64,000 bases of DNA from an uncultured Rivularia sp. Lineage in GTDB: Bacteria; Cyanobacteriota; Cyanobacteriia; Cyanobacteriales; Nostocaceae. A program made the position numbers and the translations under genes. The notes under the pieces are model-generated. The model saw only the letters and a program-made list of their open reading frames with translations. It searched no databases and was not told the DNA's origin. Below are positions 42,624 through 54,724 of this stretch, piece by piece; within the stretch, counting starts at the first letter, position 1; each line of letters begins with the position of its first letter. The stretch is taken from the NCBI GenBank assembly GCA_963665115.1, contig OY762007.1:1984001-2048000 (forward strand), in the 5' to 3' direction.

Positions 42624-43556
42624 ATGAAACCTTGTTATTTGATTATGAGCCATAAAGATCCAGAACAAATCTATCGGCTTGTCTACACTATCAAAAAGCT
42701 TAGCCCCAATTCTCATATTCTATTAAGTCATGATTCGACAAATTGTAGCTTAGATGTATCAACTTTTAAAAAATTATCTGGAGTTGATGTCCAATTTGCG
42801 ACAGCAGAAAGAGCAGATTTTTCTCTAATTAACAAGTATTTTTGGGCTATTAATTACTTATTCAGTAATAATATAGATTTTGATTGGTTGATAACTCTTT
42901 CTGCCCAAGATTATCCAACTCAGCCCCTTTCAGAACTTGAGTTTTTGCTATCTACCACGGAATACGATGGCTTTTTAGAATTTTTCAAAGTTTTTAGTCC
43001 AGAAAGTGCGTGGAGTATTAAGGATGGCTCTCAGAGATATTTGTATAAATATAAAAAGCTGCTTTCATCTATACCTAAACCAATCAGAACAATACTGAAG
43101 GTACTCAAAGTTTTTAATTATTCACAACCTTTTTTCAGACTTGATTTTTCATATGGTTTGAGGCTTGGTATTAAACAGAAGTCTATATTTAATGATAATT
43201 TCAATTGTTATGGAGGTTCATTCTTTTCTATTTTATCTATGAAATGCGTGAAATACTTGAATGATTTTTATCAAAATAATCGTCAGATAGTTGAATATTA
43301 TAAATATGTTTTAGTCTCTGATGAAAGTTTTCTCCAAACTGTTTTAGTTAATAGCAATCAATTTAATCTACACAATGAATGCAAACACTATTATGATTTT
43401 TCTGATACTAGCTACGGGCATCCAGCAATATTAACAGAAAAAGATCATCATGCCATGATCCAAAAAAAATATTATTTTGCTCGCAAATTTGATATTAAGC
43501 TAGATAGCAATATTTTAGATATTTTAGACCAAGAATTTTTACTAAAAGTTAACTAA
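42624..43556 (+). CDS. Second core-2/I-branching (GT14-like) glycosyltransferase, paralog of the previous gene
   Basis: MKPCYLIMSHKDPEQ, LSAQDYP, GGSFF, DESFLQT, FARKFD. Confidence 0.88.
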   Translation: MKPCYLIMSHKDPEQIYRLVYTIKKLSPNSHILLSHDSTNCSLDVSTFKKLSGVDVQFATAERADFSLINKYFWAINYLFSNNIDFDWLITLSAQDYPTQPLSELEFLLSTTEYDGFLEFFKVFSPESAWSIKDGSQRYLYKYKKLLSSIPKPIRTILKVLKVFNYSQPFFRLDFSYGLRLGIKQKSIFNDNFNCYGGSFFSILSMKCVKYLNDFYQNNRQIVEYYKYVLVSDESFLQTVLVNSNQFNLHNECKHYYDFSDTSYGHPAILTEKDHHAMIQKKYYFARKFDIKLDSNILDILDQEFLLKVN

Positions 43557-43715
43557 TATTTTTTAGTTCGCTTTGTAAATTTGTTAGATTTATTTTTTCT
43601 CTGTTCCCTATTTCCATATCCAGTCTTTGCTCTTTTTCAACTATTTAATTAGCATATTAGTAAGAAAATAAACTTTATTCCATAGTTAATAATTAATCAT
43701 TAGGTCAAGATTATA

Positions 43716-44690
43716 ATGCCAAAAGTATCAGTTATCGTACCAGCTTACAACGGTCAAAGTACAATTTTAGAAACAATTAATTCTGTTTTACAGCAAAGTT
43801 TTACAGACTTTGAATTAATTGTAATCAATGATGGTTCTACCGATGGCACTTTGGAACTGTTATCAAATATAAAAGATGCCAGATTAAAAGTTTATTCTTA
43901 TAAGAATGGAGGTTTACCAGCAGCCCGAAATCGCGGTATAGTTCGTGCCACGGGAGAATTTTTATCTTTTATAGACGCTGATGATTTATGGACACCTGAT
44001 AAATTAGAGTTGCAACTTCAGGCTTTACAACAAAATCCTCAAGCAGGAGTTGCTTACAGTTGGACGATTTGTATGGGAAATAATGGAAATTTATTTCACC
44101 CCGGTGTATCTGAAAGTTTTCAAGGTAATGTTTACCCCGATTTACTAGTAGGTAACTTTATTGGCAGTGGATCGAATGTTTTAGTTCGTAGAGAAGCAAT
44201 TGAATCGGTAGGCTATTTTGATGAGAGCTTGAAGTCATGCGAAGACTGGGATTACTGGTTGCGATTAGCACCGAAATGGGAGTTCGCAGTTGTTCCTAAA
44301 CCTCAAATTATTTATCGATTATCTTCGGGGGCTATGTCAAGCAAGCTCGATGTGATGGAAAAATATCAAACTTTGGTTTTAGAAAGAGCTTTTGCATCGG
44401 CACCTTTAGAACTTCAGCCTTTAAAGAATCGAGGTTTTGCTTATATTTATTTATTTATGACACGACTTTACTTGAGTCGGGCTAATGATGCAAAAGTTGT
44501 TAAACAAGCCACTCAAAAATTATGGAAAGCTATTCGTTTTTCCCCGAAAATATTATTAAGTAAAGAGGCTCAGCTTTTATCAATTAAACTAATCATATTA
44601 CGAATACTTTCTCCAAAAATTGCTTCTAGGTTTTTAAACAGAAGTGTTACTGTTCGTAACGTTGCCGATCCCAGGTTACAAACTAGCTAA
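43716..44690 (+). CDS. Glycosyltransferase family 2
   Basis: VSVIVPAYN, INDGSTD, FIDADD, CEDWDYW. Confidence 0.93.
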   Translation: MPKVSVIVPAYNGQSTILETINSVLQQSFTDFELIVINDGSTDGTLELLSNIKDARLKVYSYKNGGLPAARNRGIVRATGEFLSFIDADDLWTPDKLELQLQALQQNPQAGVAYSWTICMGNNGNLFHPGVSESFQGNVYPDLLVGNFIGSGSNVLVRREAIESVGYFDESLKSCEDWDYWLRLAPKWEFAVVPKPQIIYRLSSGAMSSKLDVMEKYQTLVLERAFASAPLELQPLKNRGFAYIYLFMTRLYLSRANDAKVVKQATQKLWKAIRFSPKILLSKEAQLLSIKLIILRILSPKIASRFLNRSVTVRNVADPRLQTS

Positions 44691-45007
44691 TTTATAAATT
44701 TAAAGTTATGAGTTAAGAGTTAAGAGCAAAATGTATTTAGAAGTAAATTGCTTTTTTCTCTGACTAGAGTCAAATACAGTCCTTTATAAACTTAAATGGC
44801 AAAATGCATGAAACATTTTAATAAGCGAACTGTACTCTATTGAATTTACCTCAATTCCTAACATGATTTATTGATATTGCTTCTTCTAGCAATCCCATTT
44901 TTTTTCTACTGTCTCTCTAAAAACTAAAGATATTTAATCGAACTAAATTCTGTTAGTATTTGAATTACTACCAGTTTTTTTTGTGCCATTACATCTATCA
45001 AACCACT

Positions 45008-46058
45008 ATGAATCATCAACAAATGAACAAAAAAGTATCGGTGATTATTCCGCTGTATAATGCAGAGAAATATATCGGCAGAACCCTACAATCTGTTTTA
45101 AATCAAACATATGAGAATCTAGAAATTATCATTGTCGATGATGAATCACCCGATCGCAGCGTTAAAATTTGCGAGCAGTTTAGTGACTCCAGAATTAAAA
45201 TTTTACATCAAAAAAATCGAGGCTTACCTGGTTCTAGAAATACGGGTATCCGTCATGCTAGCGGCGATTATATCGCATTTATAGATGCCGATGATATTTG
45301 GTTGCCAGAAAAGTTAGCAAAGCATATCGCTCATTTGGAAAGTCATCCAGATGTGGGAGTAAGTTTTAGTCGTTCTGCTTTTATCGATGAAACAGATAGA
45401 CCCTTTAGGTATTTATCAAATTACTAAGCTTCAAGATATTACTCCTCTCGATATTCTTTGTCGCAGTCCAATTGGAAATGGTTCTGCTGCGGTTTTCAGA
45501 AAAGCTGTTTTTGAAGATATCAAGTTTCAAAAGAATCTTTATGGTTATGTAGAAGATTATTATTTTGACGATACTTTTACGCTCTCTGAAGATATTGAAT
45601 GTTGGATCAGAATCGCGATTCAAACTAACTGGAAATTTGCAGGTATTGCTCAACCATTAACTCTTTACAGAATTAATTCTAATGGTCTCTCAGCTAATCT
45701 TCAGCAGATGATTAACTATAGAGAACAGGTTTTTGAAAAAGCTTCCTCTTATGCTCCAGAACAAATGGCGCGTTGGTTAAAACCTGCAAGAGCTTATCAT
45801 TTAAGGTACGTTGCAAGAAGGGCTATAACTATTAATAAAGGAATTTTTGCGTTGAAACTTATGTGCCGTTCGATTGTGAATTACTGGCCAATTATTATAG
45901 AAGATTTTCAGCGTACCTTTGAAACTATTGCTGCTGCTATTTTACTTTGCGTTGTACCGAAGCCTGTATACGAGAAAGTTAAATTGTTCGCTTTGAAGAT
46001 AATCGGAAATTTGCAACAGAAAAGTATTAATAAAGATAAATTGAGTGAAGCATCATAA
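45008..46058 (+). CDS. Glycosyltransferase family 2 (frameshift at ~45401-45403)
   Basis: VSVIIPLYN, VDDESPD, FIDADD, PIGNGS, SEDIECW. Confidence 0.9.
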
Positions 46059-46092
46059 AAAAAAGTGATCTTATAAAGTCTATAGATGTGAG

Positions 46093-46488
46093 ATGGCTGC
46101 TAGTTTTTACCTGCAAAAATCGCCCGTTGCTTATCGAAATTACCAATCAACCAATATGCAAACTAAACTTCTAAGCCCTAGATGTACGGTGGTAGAACCT
46201 CAAAATTCAATTACAGCCGCAAACGCTTATTTGTTTGAAAGAAAACTAGCTACAGCATTAAGAAAAAACTCTCATTCCAAATTATTAGTCGATCTAAAAC
46301 AAGTGGAACATATAGATAGTGCTGGGTTGATGGCATTAATATCTAGCTGCAAATTAGCTCAAAGTTTACAAACACGCTTTAGCCTTTGCTCAGTTTCCCC
46401 TTCCTTAAAAATTGTCATTGAACTAACTCAGCTCGATCGCGTATTAGAGATATTTGAGTCTAAAGCCAAATATACAGAATCGCTGTAG
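46093..46488 (+). CDS. STAS-domain anti-sigma-factor antagonist
   Basis: LLVDLKQVEHIDSAGLMAL, ELTQLDRVLEI. Confidence 0.9.
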   Translation: MAASFYLQKSPVAYRNYQSTNMQTKLLSPRCTVVEPQNSITAANAYLFERKLATALRKNSHSKLLVDLKQVEHIDSAGLMALISSCKLAQSLQTRFSLCSVSPSLKIVIELTQLDRVLEIFESKAKYTESL

Positions 46489-46512
46489 TACAGATATCTA
46501 GCTATTTAAAAA

Positions 46513-48673
46513 ATGCGTTTTTTCAATCTACTTAATCGTCGTCAGCAGCGAATATTTGGCATCGCCTTTATCGTACTAGCTACATTTTTTGTTTCGTTTT
46601 CCTTTAATTCCAATCAAGCTGTTCGCAATATATCCCAACAAATTACTGTAGCCAAAGCTCGTTCTCAACAGTATCCTTCTTTAGGTACTGCGAATGTTGC
46701 CATCGGTGGGGGAGGTTATGTAACTGGAATTTACCTTCATCCAAAAGAGCGTAATTTAGTTTATATAAAAACCGATATTGGTGGTTTTTATCGGTGGAAT
46801 CCCGCGAATTCAACTTGGATACCGCTTAACGAACAGTTTTCCTTGGCTAATAGCAACTACTACGGAGGAGAAGCTTTAGCGCTTGACCCTAAAGACCCTA
46901 ATATTGTATACATTGCTGTAGGGAAATATACTGCCGATTGGTGGCAGTCTCAAGGAACAATTCTCAAATCTTTAGATAGAGGCAGAACTTGGACTAAGCT
47001 AAATCTGGATTTGAAGATGGGTGGCAACGAATCACAAAGATGGACTGGTGAAAGATTAGCGGTTAATCCTTTCAACTCTAAAAATCTATTTTTTGGTTCT
47101 CGTCAAGATGGGTTGTGGAAGTCAGACAATGGTGGCCAAAGTTGGGCTAAAGTCAAATCATTTCCCATACTCAATGACGATATTGGCATCAACGCTATTA
47201 CTTTTGATAGATACAAAAAAGGCACTATCTATGGATTAGCTCATAAAAATGGAATATATAAATCGATTGATACGGGTAAAACGTGGAATAAAATTTCACA
47301 AAGTCTTGCCGAAGTCAACCGTATCGCCATAGGAAATGAGGATACTTTATATGTAACTCATGCCGGGGGTGTTAGTAAATTTGTTAACGGTAGTTGGAAA
47401 GATATTACCCCTCAACAAAACAAATTAGCTTTTAATGCTGTTAGCGTTAATCCTAAAAATAGGGAAGATGTTATGGTTGCTACCTATAGTGACTCATATA
47501 CACAGATATTCCATTCTTTTGATGGTGGAAGTAAATGGACTCAGCAGAAACGGCAAGCCAATAATACAGTTTCGTGGTGGTCTGACTATATGAAGTCAAA
47601 ACCTTCCGTAGCCAGTATCGAATTTGACCCTTGGAATGCAAGTAGGGTTTGGTTAACAGACTGGTATGGGATATGGCGAACTGATAATATCAATCGCAAT
47701 CCAGTTGTGTGGACAAATTATCAACGGGGACATGAAGAGATTGTCACCTTTACGTTGGTTGCAACACCCTCGGGAGCATTAATCAGCGGTTTAGCAGATG
47801 TTGAAGGATTTTACCATGACCGGGGACTAAATGCTTATCCGTCGAAAATGTTGAGTAGCAAACCTCATGATTTTCAAGACACTTACAGCATTGCTTACAG
47901 CCAAAAAAGTCCTTTAAAAATGGTGCGAGTGGGGGGGAATCGTCATAACAATACTTATAGCGGCGCAACTTCTAGCGATGGTGGAAAAACTTGGGAGAAG
48001 TTTTCCAGTTTTCCCAAGAATCAATTGGCGACGCGAGTAGCCATGTCTGCAACCGATCCCAATTTATTTGTTGTTACCCTCAGCGGTACTCAACCTCTGC
48101 GAACAACGGATGGCGGTGCTTCTTGGCTTCCGGTTTCTGGTTTACCCAATGGATTTGAGGGAAATTGGAATTGGACGCAACCTTTAGTAGCAGACAAAGT
48201 TGACGGCAATACGTTTTACTATTACGCCGATGGAAAAGTTTATCGCAGCAGTAACGGTGGTAAATCTTTTGAAGTCGTTTCTGAATCGTTACCCCATGCA
48301 GATTGGCACTCTTTAAAAACTGTTTCAGGAGTTAAAGGTGAATTATGGCTGAGTCTGGACGATCGAGGGACTTTACCGCTCAACCGATGGAGGAAATAAT
48401 TTTACCCGAATTAAAGGAGTAAATAGAGCATATTTGATTGCATTAGGCAAGCCTAAAACTGGAAATAAAGGTAATGCATTATATCTATATGGAGAAATTG
48501 CTAACCAAGGAAAAGGTATATTTCGTTCTTTAAATAATGGACAAATTTGGCAGCGAATAGGCGATAAAAACAAACCTATCGGTAACGATCCAAACGTAAT
48601 GGAAGCTAGTTCCACAGAGTTTGGTTTAGTTTTTATTGGCACCAACGGTAGAGGCATTTACTACGGTAAATAG
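46513..48673 (+). CDS. Exported BNR/Asp-box beta-propeller protein, GH74 xyloglucanase-like (frameshift at 48367-48369)
   Basis: IGGGGYVTGI, TDIGGFYRW, GERLAVNP, repeated S.D.G.TW boxes, ends FIGTNGRGIYYG. Confidence 0.85.
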
Positions 48674-48713
48674 TTGAATAATTTAGAACTCTAGATAATT
48701 TTAATAAAAAACA

Positions 48714-49523
48714 ATGACTACAAATAACGTCTGCATCCACCAATTTGATGAAGTCGAATTACTTGGCACTAAGTTTCATAAAGTCAGAGTCCAAGAATTA
48801 ATTAATTTTATTGTTAGCTCAGCAGGTATTGATAAAAAAACCCTAGTCGGGAATGTCAACGTTCGAGCAATGAATTTTGCTTGCGAAATGCCTTGGTACA
48901 AAGATTTTATTAACAGATCGGATTTAGTCTTTTGCGATGGATTTGGCGTATTATTAGGTGCCAAAATGTGCGGTTGTGGGATAAATTCGGAACATCGTAT
49001 GACTTGCCCCGACTACATAGAAAACTTGGCTTCCGCTTGCGAACGAGAGAATGTTTCGCTGTATTTGCTTGCAGGTAAGCCTGGTGTTGTCGATAAAGCA
49101 ATTGAGAAGTTGCAAGTTATTGCACCCAAATTAAATGTAAAAGGACATCATGGTTACTTTCATAAATCTGGCATAGAAAATGAATACGTTGTTAATGAAA
49201 TTAATCAGTTTAAGCCAGATGTATTATATGTTGGCTTCGGAATGCCATTGCAAGAACGTTGGATAATTGATAATTTTGACCGAATTGATGCAAAAGTGTT
49301 TCTACCTTTGGGTGCTTGCTTAGACTTTTATACGGGTGCAGTATATCGTGGTCCCCGCTGGATGACTAATCGCGGACTTGAATGGTTATCCCGAATATTT
49401 ACCGAACCAAAAAGATTGTGGCAACGTTACGTTATAGGTAATCCGCTGTTTTTCTACCGTCTTCTCAAAGAACGCTTCGTAAAACTTTTTAAGAAGGGCA
49501 GTAAAGCGTCTTCAACATATTAA
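48714..49523 (+). CDS. WecB/TagA/CpsF family glycosyltransferase
   Basis: FCDGFG, HHGYF, VGFGMPLQERWI, GLEWLSR.FTEPKRLWQRY. Confidence 0.93.
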   Translation: MTTNNVCIHQFDEVELLGTKFHKVRVQELINFIVSSAGIDKKTLVGNVNVRAMNFACEMPWYKDFINRSDLVFCDGFGVLLGAKMCGCGINSEHRMTCPDYIENLASACERENVSLYLLAGKPGVVDKAIEKLQVIAPKLNVKGHHGYFHKSGIENEYVVNEINQFKPDVLYVGFGMPLQERWIIDNFDRIDAKVFLPLGACLDFYTGAVYRGPRWMTNRGLEWLSRIFTEPKRLWQRYVIGNPLFFYRLLKERFVKLFKKGSKASSTY

Positions 49524-49824
49524 GATAGATTGCATTTTTTTATCAAATTAACTCGATCGCTTTTAGTTAATTTGATATTAAATCTATTAACCGAAGAAAA
49601 TGTTTTATTTTACTTTTGAAGCAAAATAAAAAATAGCAAAACATCGATACAATACGGGTATTTATCAAAGCTTAAAAAATATTAAAATTTGGAAATAACT
49701 TTTTGATATTTTTCAAATAGCTATATGCAAATCTTGTCAGTGAATGAAGCAAGATTTAATATCCCTGAATTTAGCAATTTATAACAATCATGCGAACAGT
49801 GTTTATAGAGGTGTAATACTAATT

Positions 49825-51252
49825 ATGGCTTATCGTTCTCTACCAGGAGTAAATTTTCGACCTGACTTAAGATCGGCTAAAGGTGCAAACTTAAGAAAAG
49901 GAATTACAATCAGATTCCTTCGAGTTGTAACTCTTGTTTCATCAGATGTAATTGCTCTAAGTTTAGCGTGGACTTTAGCAATAAATTTCGGCACGTTTTT
50001 AGAATCAGCTTGGACGAAAAAGCCTTCATTTATCCTACTAATCCTGATAGTTGGCATTGGTATGATTGCAACTAAGGGTTTATATTTGCCCGGTATTTAT
50101 CGTCGTAATTATGCTGCGTTAATAAAAGCCGTTACCCTTTCAGAAATTTTATTACTATTAATTGCTTTCCTGTACGAACCAGATGGTTACGTTTCCCGGT
50201 CTAGCTTTTTAATATTTTGGCTACTATCGGTAACTTTTACCTGCACGGGACGCTTGATATTTGATTTTTCAACTAAACTATTGCGTAAAAAAGGGGCAAT
50301 TCGCTATCCCATTTTTGTGATTACCGATCCAGACGACAGAGACGATTATATCAAGTTTATTCAGAAGGAAAATTGTTATACTCTCGAAGGTATTGCTGAC
50401 TCAGAAAGTCTGGATAGAGAGAATAGAGAAGCAACCTTTGATTTTCTAAAACAACAAGGTATAGTTGAGACTTTTGTTTCTTGGAATGCAATTAAGAATC
50501 GCCTATATATTTGCTGGCATTTCCAAACTGCTGGTATTACTTTACGAATTTTGCCAACAACCGATCGCATTTATCATCCCAAATCAACACTTTGGAAAAT
50601 TGGTAATATTCCTTGTTTAACAATTCCCGCACCAATTATTGCAGGTAGCGACTTTTGGATTAAACGGTGTTTCGACCTTTGTTGTTCGATTATTTTATTA
50701 ATGCTGTTTTCACCTTTATATCTGTTAATTTCTTTACTTATTAAATTAGATTCTCCCGGTCCAATATTTTTTAGACAAGAGCGAATTGGTTTACACTGTA
50801 AGAAATTTAAAATTTGGAAATTCCGCACGATGGTAACGAATGCGGAAAAATTACAGGCAAACTTGGAAGCTAAAAATGAAATAAAAGATGGGGTTCTGTT
50901 TAAAATGAAAGATGACCCCCGGATTACAAAAATTGGTAAGTTTCTACGTCTTTACAGCTTGGATGAATTACCTCAATTATTCAATGTGTTATTAGGTGAT
51001 ATGAGTTTAGTTGGTCCTCGCCCTCTTCCTGTAAGAGATGTTGAAAAATTTCTAACACCGCACTTTATTCGACAAGAAGTTTTACCAGGCATTACAGGTT
51101 TGTGGCAAGTTTCAGGTCGTTCTAACATCGAAAAATTTGAAGATGCAGTCAAATTAGATATTAGTTACATTGAGAACTGGTCTATCCTTTTGGATATGAG
51201 AATTTTACTGCAAACAGTACGAGTTGTTTTGCAAAAAACGGGTGCTTATTAA
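49825..51252 (+). CDS. Priming (polyprenyl-phosphate) sugar transferase
   Basis: KRCFD, KFRTM, DDPRIT, SLDELPQLFNVL.GDMSLVGPRP, PGITGLWQVSGR; AGAGG RBS before ATG 49825. Confidence 0.95.
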   Translation: MAYRSLPGVNFRPDLRSAKGANLRKGITIRFLRVVTLVSSDVIALSLAWTLAINFGTFLESAWTKKPSFILLILIVGIGMIATKGLYLPGIYRRNYAALIKAVTLSEILLLLIAFLYEPDGYVSRSSFLIFWLLSVTFTCTGRLIFDFSTKLLRKKGAIRYPIFVITDPDDRDDYIKFIQKENCYTLEGIADSESLDRENREATFDFLKQQGIVETFVSWNAIKNRLYICWHFQTAGITLRILPTTDRIYHPKSTLWKIGNIPCLTIPAPIIAGSDFWIKRCFDLCCSIILLMLFSPLYLLISLLIKLDSPGPIFFRQERIGLHCKKFKIWKFRTMVTNAEKLQANLEAKNEIKDGVLFKMKDDPRITKIGKFLRLYSLDELPQLFNVLLGDMSLVGPRPLPVRDVEKFLTPHFIRQEVLPGITGLWQVSGRSNIEKFEDAVKLDISYIENWSILLDMRILLQTVRVVLQKTGAY

Positions 51253-51690
51253 TAAGTCATATTTCCATCGGGGAGAGAGTTTTGATCTTAATTACTACTC
51301 CCCGTAACAAATGAAGGCGAAAAAACTTTTTAGTATAGCTTGCGACATTTAATTTTGTGCTATATGATTTAGATATAAAATATTAACTAATTCACAAATT
51401 TATCATTATATTTTTGTTGATATCAAACAAGGGCTTTTGTATTAATTATTATTTGACGGAATAAAAATAATGGTTTTAATGTTTATCTATGAATATTTAT
51501 AAATTATTTATATTTTTTCTTCATAATGGAAAATAATTGGATAGTATATAAAAAAATCAATAATAATGAATAATTTCTATATATATCTATTTACTTATCG
51601 ATAAAAATTAAATATTTAAATTTTGTTATATAAGTCTATTTTTTCAATAGACCTACATGATAATTGACTTGAGTTATAAGGGTCATCAGG

Positions 51691-52407
51691 ATGATAAAAA
51701 GTAATAGCTTCAGTAGAATATCTTTAAAAGAAAGATTGCTCACTACCATTTTCGGTGGTATTCCGAATCTTTTTTTAGGTAAAAAATTAAGGAATTTGGT
51801 ATATCGAAGCCTTTTGAATCGGATAGGTAAATCTGTTAATATTCAACATTTTGTAGAGCTTATTGGAACTCCTTGGATTGAAATTGGTAATCAGGTAAGT
51901 CTTTTGAAAGGAGTGCAAATTAATGCTTTAGGGCATCCAAATAATAAGGTACATATAAAAGATCGAGCTAGATTAGAACGCGGTGTAGATATTCGCTCGC
52001 TGCACGATACACATATAATAATTGACGAAAATGCATATATCGGTCCCTATGTCACTATTAGCGGTACGGGAGATATAAAAATTGGTAAAAACTGCTTAAT
52101 TGCACCACATTGTGGAATATTCGCGAACAATCATATTTTTACAGATCCGACTCGAACTATTGAAGAACAAGGTACAACTCGTCAGGGAATTGTAATTGAA
52201 GATGACTGTTGGTTAGGGCATAACGTTACGGTATTAGATGGAGTGATTATTGGAAAAGGAAGTATTATTGGTGCGGGTTCCGTTGTTAATAAGAGCATTC
52301 CTCCCTTTTCTATCGCAGTAGGTACACCAGCAAGAATTATTAGAAATCGTCTTGATAGAGAAACACCAAACTTCTCATCACAACTATCATCAAAAATTCC
52401 AACCTAG
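51691..52407 (+). CDS. Hexapeptide-repeat acyltransferase
   Basis: IVIEDDCWLG, IGKGSIIGAGSVV, VGTPARII. Confidence 0.92.
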   Translation: MIKSNSFSRISLKERLLTTIFGGIPNLFLGKKLRNLVYRSLLNRIGKSVNIQHFVELIGTPWIEIGNQVSLLKGVQINALGHPNNKVHIKDRARLERGVDIRSLHDTHIIIDENAYIGPYVTISGTGDIKIGKNCLIAPHCGIFANNHIFTDPTRTIEEQGTTRQGIVIEDDCWLGHNVTVLDGVIIGKGSIIGAGSVVNKSIPPFSIAVGTPARIIRNRLDRETPNFSSQLSSKIPT

Positions 52408-52723
52408 TTTTTGTTCGACATCGAATTTTATATTGATAATTTCGACTTAATACTCTATCGAACTAAAGCTGCCGAGTGAAAGCCAGCGCGGGACAATCTA
52501 AAAATTTCCAAAACTGAGAATCCCAATTTATGATTTTAAATTGCCCCGATCTGTTTTTCCCAAAAGGGACAAGCAAATCAATCGTAAATCTAAAATTGAA
52601 ATGACCAGCAACTATCTGAATTTCAGCAAAAGTAAAGCCATTTTTGGTAGATGCAATTCTGTGCGAAAAAAGTGGATGAATTTCTTGTTTAATTAATAAG
52701 TATTTAATTCATCCACTGCCGAC

Positions 52724-53803
52724 TTATCTCATGAGTAGGTTTGACAAAAAACGGGAATAACCGTTCTTTTCAAATTTATTGCCCATTACTTTGCGATAAA
52801 CATCCAAGTAACCATCTACCATGCTTTTTATACTGTAATGCTGCTCGACATGAGCGCGACACACAAGTCGATCTATTTCTCCCAAACGTTGAACCGCCTT
52901 AACAAAATCATCAACGCTGTCGCATAAAAAGCCTGTTTTTCCATCTGCAATTACTTCTGGTACCGAACCCATTGGTTTCGCAAGTACCGGAGTTCCCGCA
53001 GCCATCGATTCTGTCATTACTAATCCAAAAGGCTCTCTCCAAGTTATGGGAAATAACATGGCGATCGCACCACCCAAAAGTTCATTTTTCTCGAAGTGAT
53101 TAGCTTCGCCCAAATATTCTATATGCTTGCCATCAATATGAGGCTTAATTTTGCTCTCGAAATAATCCACATCAACTCTATCGACTTTACCAGCGATCTT
53201 TAAAGGTACGCCGGATTTCTGAGCAATTTCGATAGCGATGTGAGTGCCTTTTTCCGGAGAAATTCTTCCCAGAAAGGCTAAATAGGGGGAAGACTGCGAT
53301 TGAGCGTAAAAACGATGGCTTTCAGTATCGATACCGTTATACACTGTTGCAGCGTAATTCAACTCCTTTATCGGTTCGCGTTGGGAATCTGAAATGCTTA
53401 CATAGTGCTGTTCGCGTGCTTCGGTATATATCTGCTTGGTGTCTGAATTGAAAGCACCGTGTAGGGTATGAACCGTTGGAGTTTCAACAAAACCAGCGTG
53501 AAAGAGAGAAGTATAACCAACGTGAGAATGAATTACATCAAAGTTTCCAGCTTGCTTATAAACTCGGCTTAACTGTAAAGCTTCATAAGCAGAATACTCT
53601 GTTATAGAAGGTTCCAGACGAAAAGCACGGGGATAAACAGACTCTAGCTTTGCTAAAGTTAATGAATCTCCTGAAGCAAACAAAGTCACTTCATGTCCTC
53701 GTCGGACTAATTCATCGGTCAACAATCCTACGACCAACTCAACACCACCATAACCGGGGGGAGGAACTCTCTCCCACAGCGGAGCAACTTGAGCTATTCG
53801 CAT
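52724..53803 (-). CDS. Glycosyltransferase family 4
   Basis: MRIAQVAPLWERVPPPGYGG, GRISPEKG, WREPFGLVMTES. Confidence 0.95.
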   Translation of the reverse strand: MRIAQVAPLWERVPPPGYGGVELVVGLLTDELVRRGHEVTLFASGDSLTLAKLESVYPRAFRLEPSITEYSAYEALQLSRVYKQAGNFDVIHSHVGYTSLFHAGFVETPTVHTLHGAFNSDTKQIYTEAREQHYVSISDSQREPIKELNYAATVYNGIDTESHRFYAQSQSSPYLAFLGRISPEKGTHIAIEIAQKSGVPLKIAGKVDRVDVDYFESKIKPHIDGKHIEYLGEANHFEKNELLGGAIAMLFPITWREPFGLVMTESMAAGTPVLAKPMGSVPEVIADGKTGFLCDSVDDFVKAVQRLGEIDRLVCRAHVEQHYSIKSMVDGYLDVYRKVMGNKFEKNGYSRFLSNLLMR

Positions 53804-54700
53804 ATAAATCTCCTAAAGTTTTTGTAATCAACTGTAACGAAGCGAGCCAGATATACTCAACCATCTTTAGATAGGAATATATATTTACCCTCAGAGGTAC
53901 ACAACTTTCGTAAACCGTTTCAAGAGTGCATATCTAGCAATTTGATATCAGTTGTTGAACATAACATTGTTGGACGATAAATTTGATTAATCAAACATAG
54001 CATTGACGGACATACCCTGAAATACCTGAAATAGAGTTGGCTTTTCGTCTAGCTTTGATGATCCCTCTAACGTGTTTCCGCATACAATTCACCTTGATTA
54101 TACGCGAAATTCTCGAAAAAGTTTTGCTAATTTAATCACATTATTATCCATAACGCTCTCCCTTAGACTGATACAAGGTTTTCCAATTTTCATTTTAAAT
54201 CTAATTTTTGGAAACTTTTATGTAAATAGTTATAAACACTACAATTAGAGTAGTAGTAACCGAACTTTATGTAACTTAAGGAAAATTTAAGATTGTTTTA
54301 CCTATAAATGTATGGAACTTATCAAATTTGAGGCATTATTTGTCAAAAATTTAACTAAACTTATCGCCTGAAACTATTAATTTACCTTGATAATTGCATG
54401 ATTTTATACAGGTTAAGCTATATCTAAGTTAGTCTGTCCTAAATTTTATAAAATGAGGGTTATTTGCAGTTCGATTAAGATAAATAAGGTCGCAATTTTG
54501 TAATTTTGCGATTTGATAGAAAGTAGACAATAATCAGCTATAATTATCTAAACAGTATAAGCCAATAACAAATTTATATGATTTAATTTTATAAATTTTC
54601 CGATCGTGTTTAAAACACTGGATGCATGACTATCTTATGTCAGATATGCTTATGAATCAAAGCCATCAAATAATGATTTTAATTTAGATAATTAATAGAC

Positions 54701-54724
54701 GAAAACCCGCACAAAGCGGGTATT
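54701..54724 (-). terminator. Orphan terminator-like hairpin
   Basis: Minus strand AATACCCGC-TTTGT-GCGGGTTTTC. Confidence 0.5.

Noticed and set aside
52645..52660. NsiR1-like start TGGTAGATGCA
   Set aside because: Similarity stops after ~11 nt; no following terminator or tandem copies.
54440..54465. Resemblance to a Cas12k tracrRNA segment (AATTTT..AAATGAGGGTTA.TT)
   Set aside because: Short AT-rich match only; the rest of the tracrRNA, cas12k and tns genes are absent.
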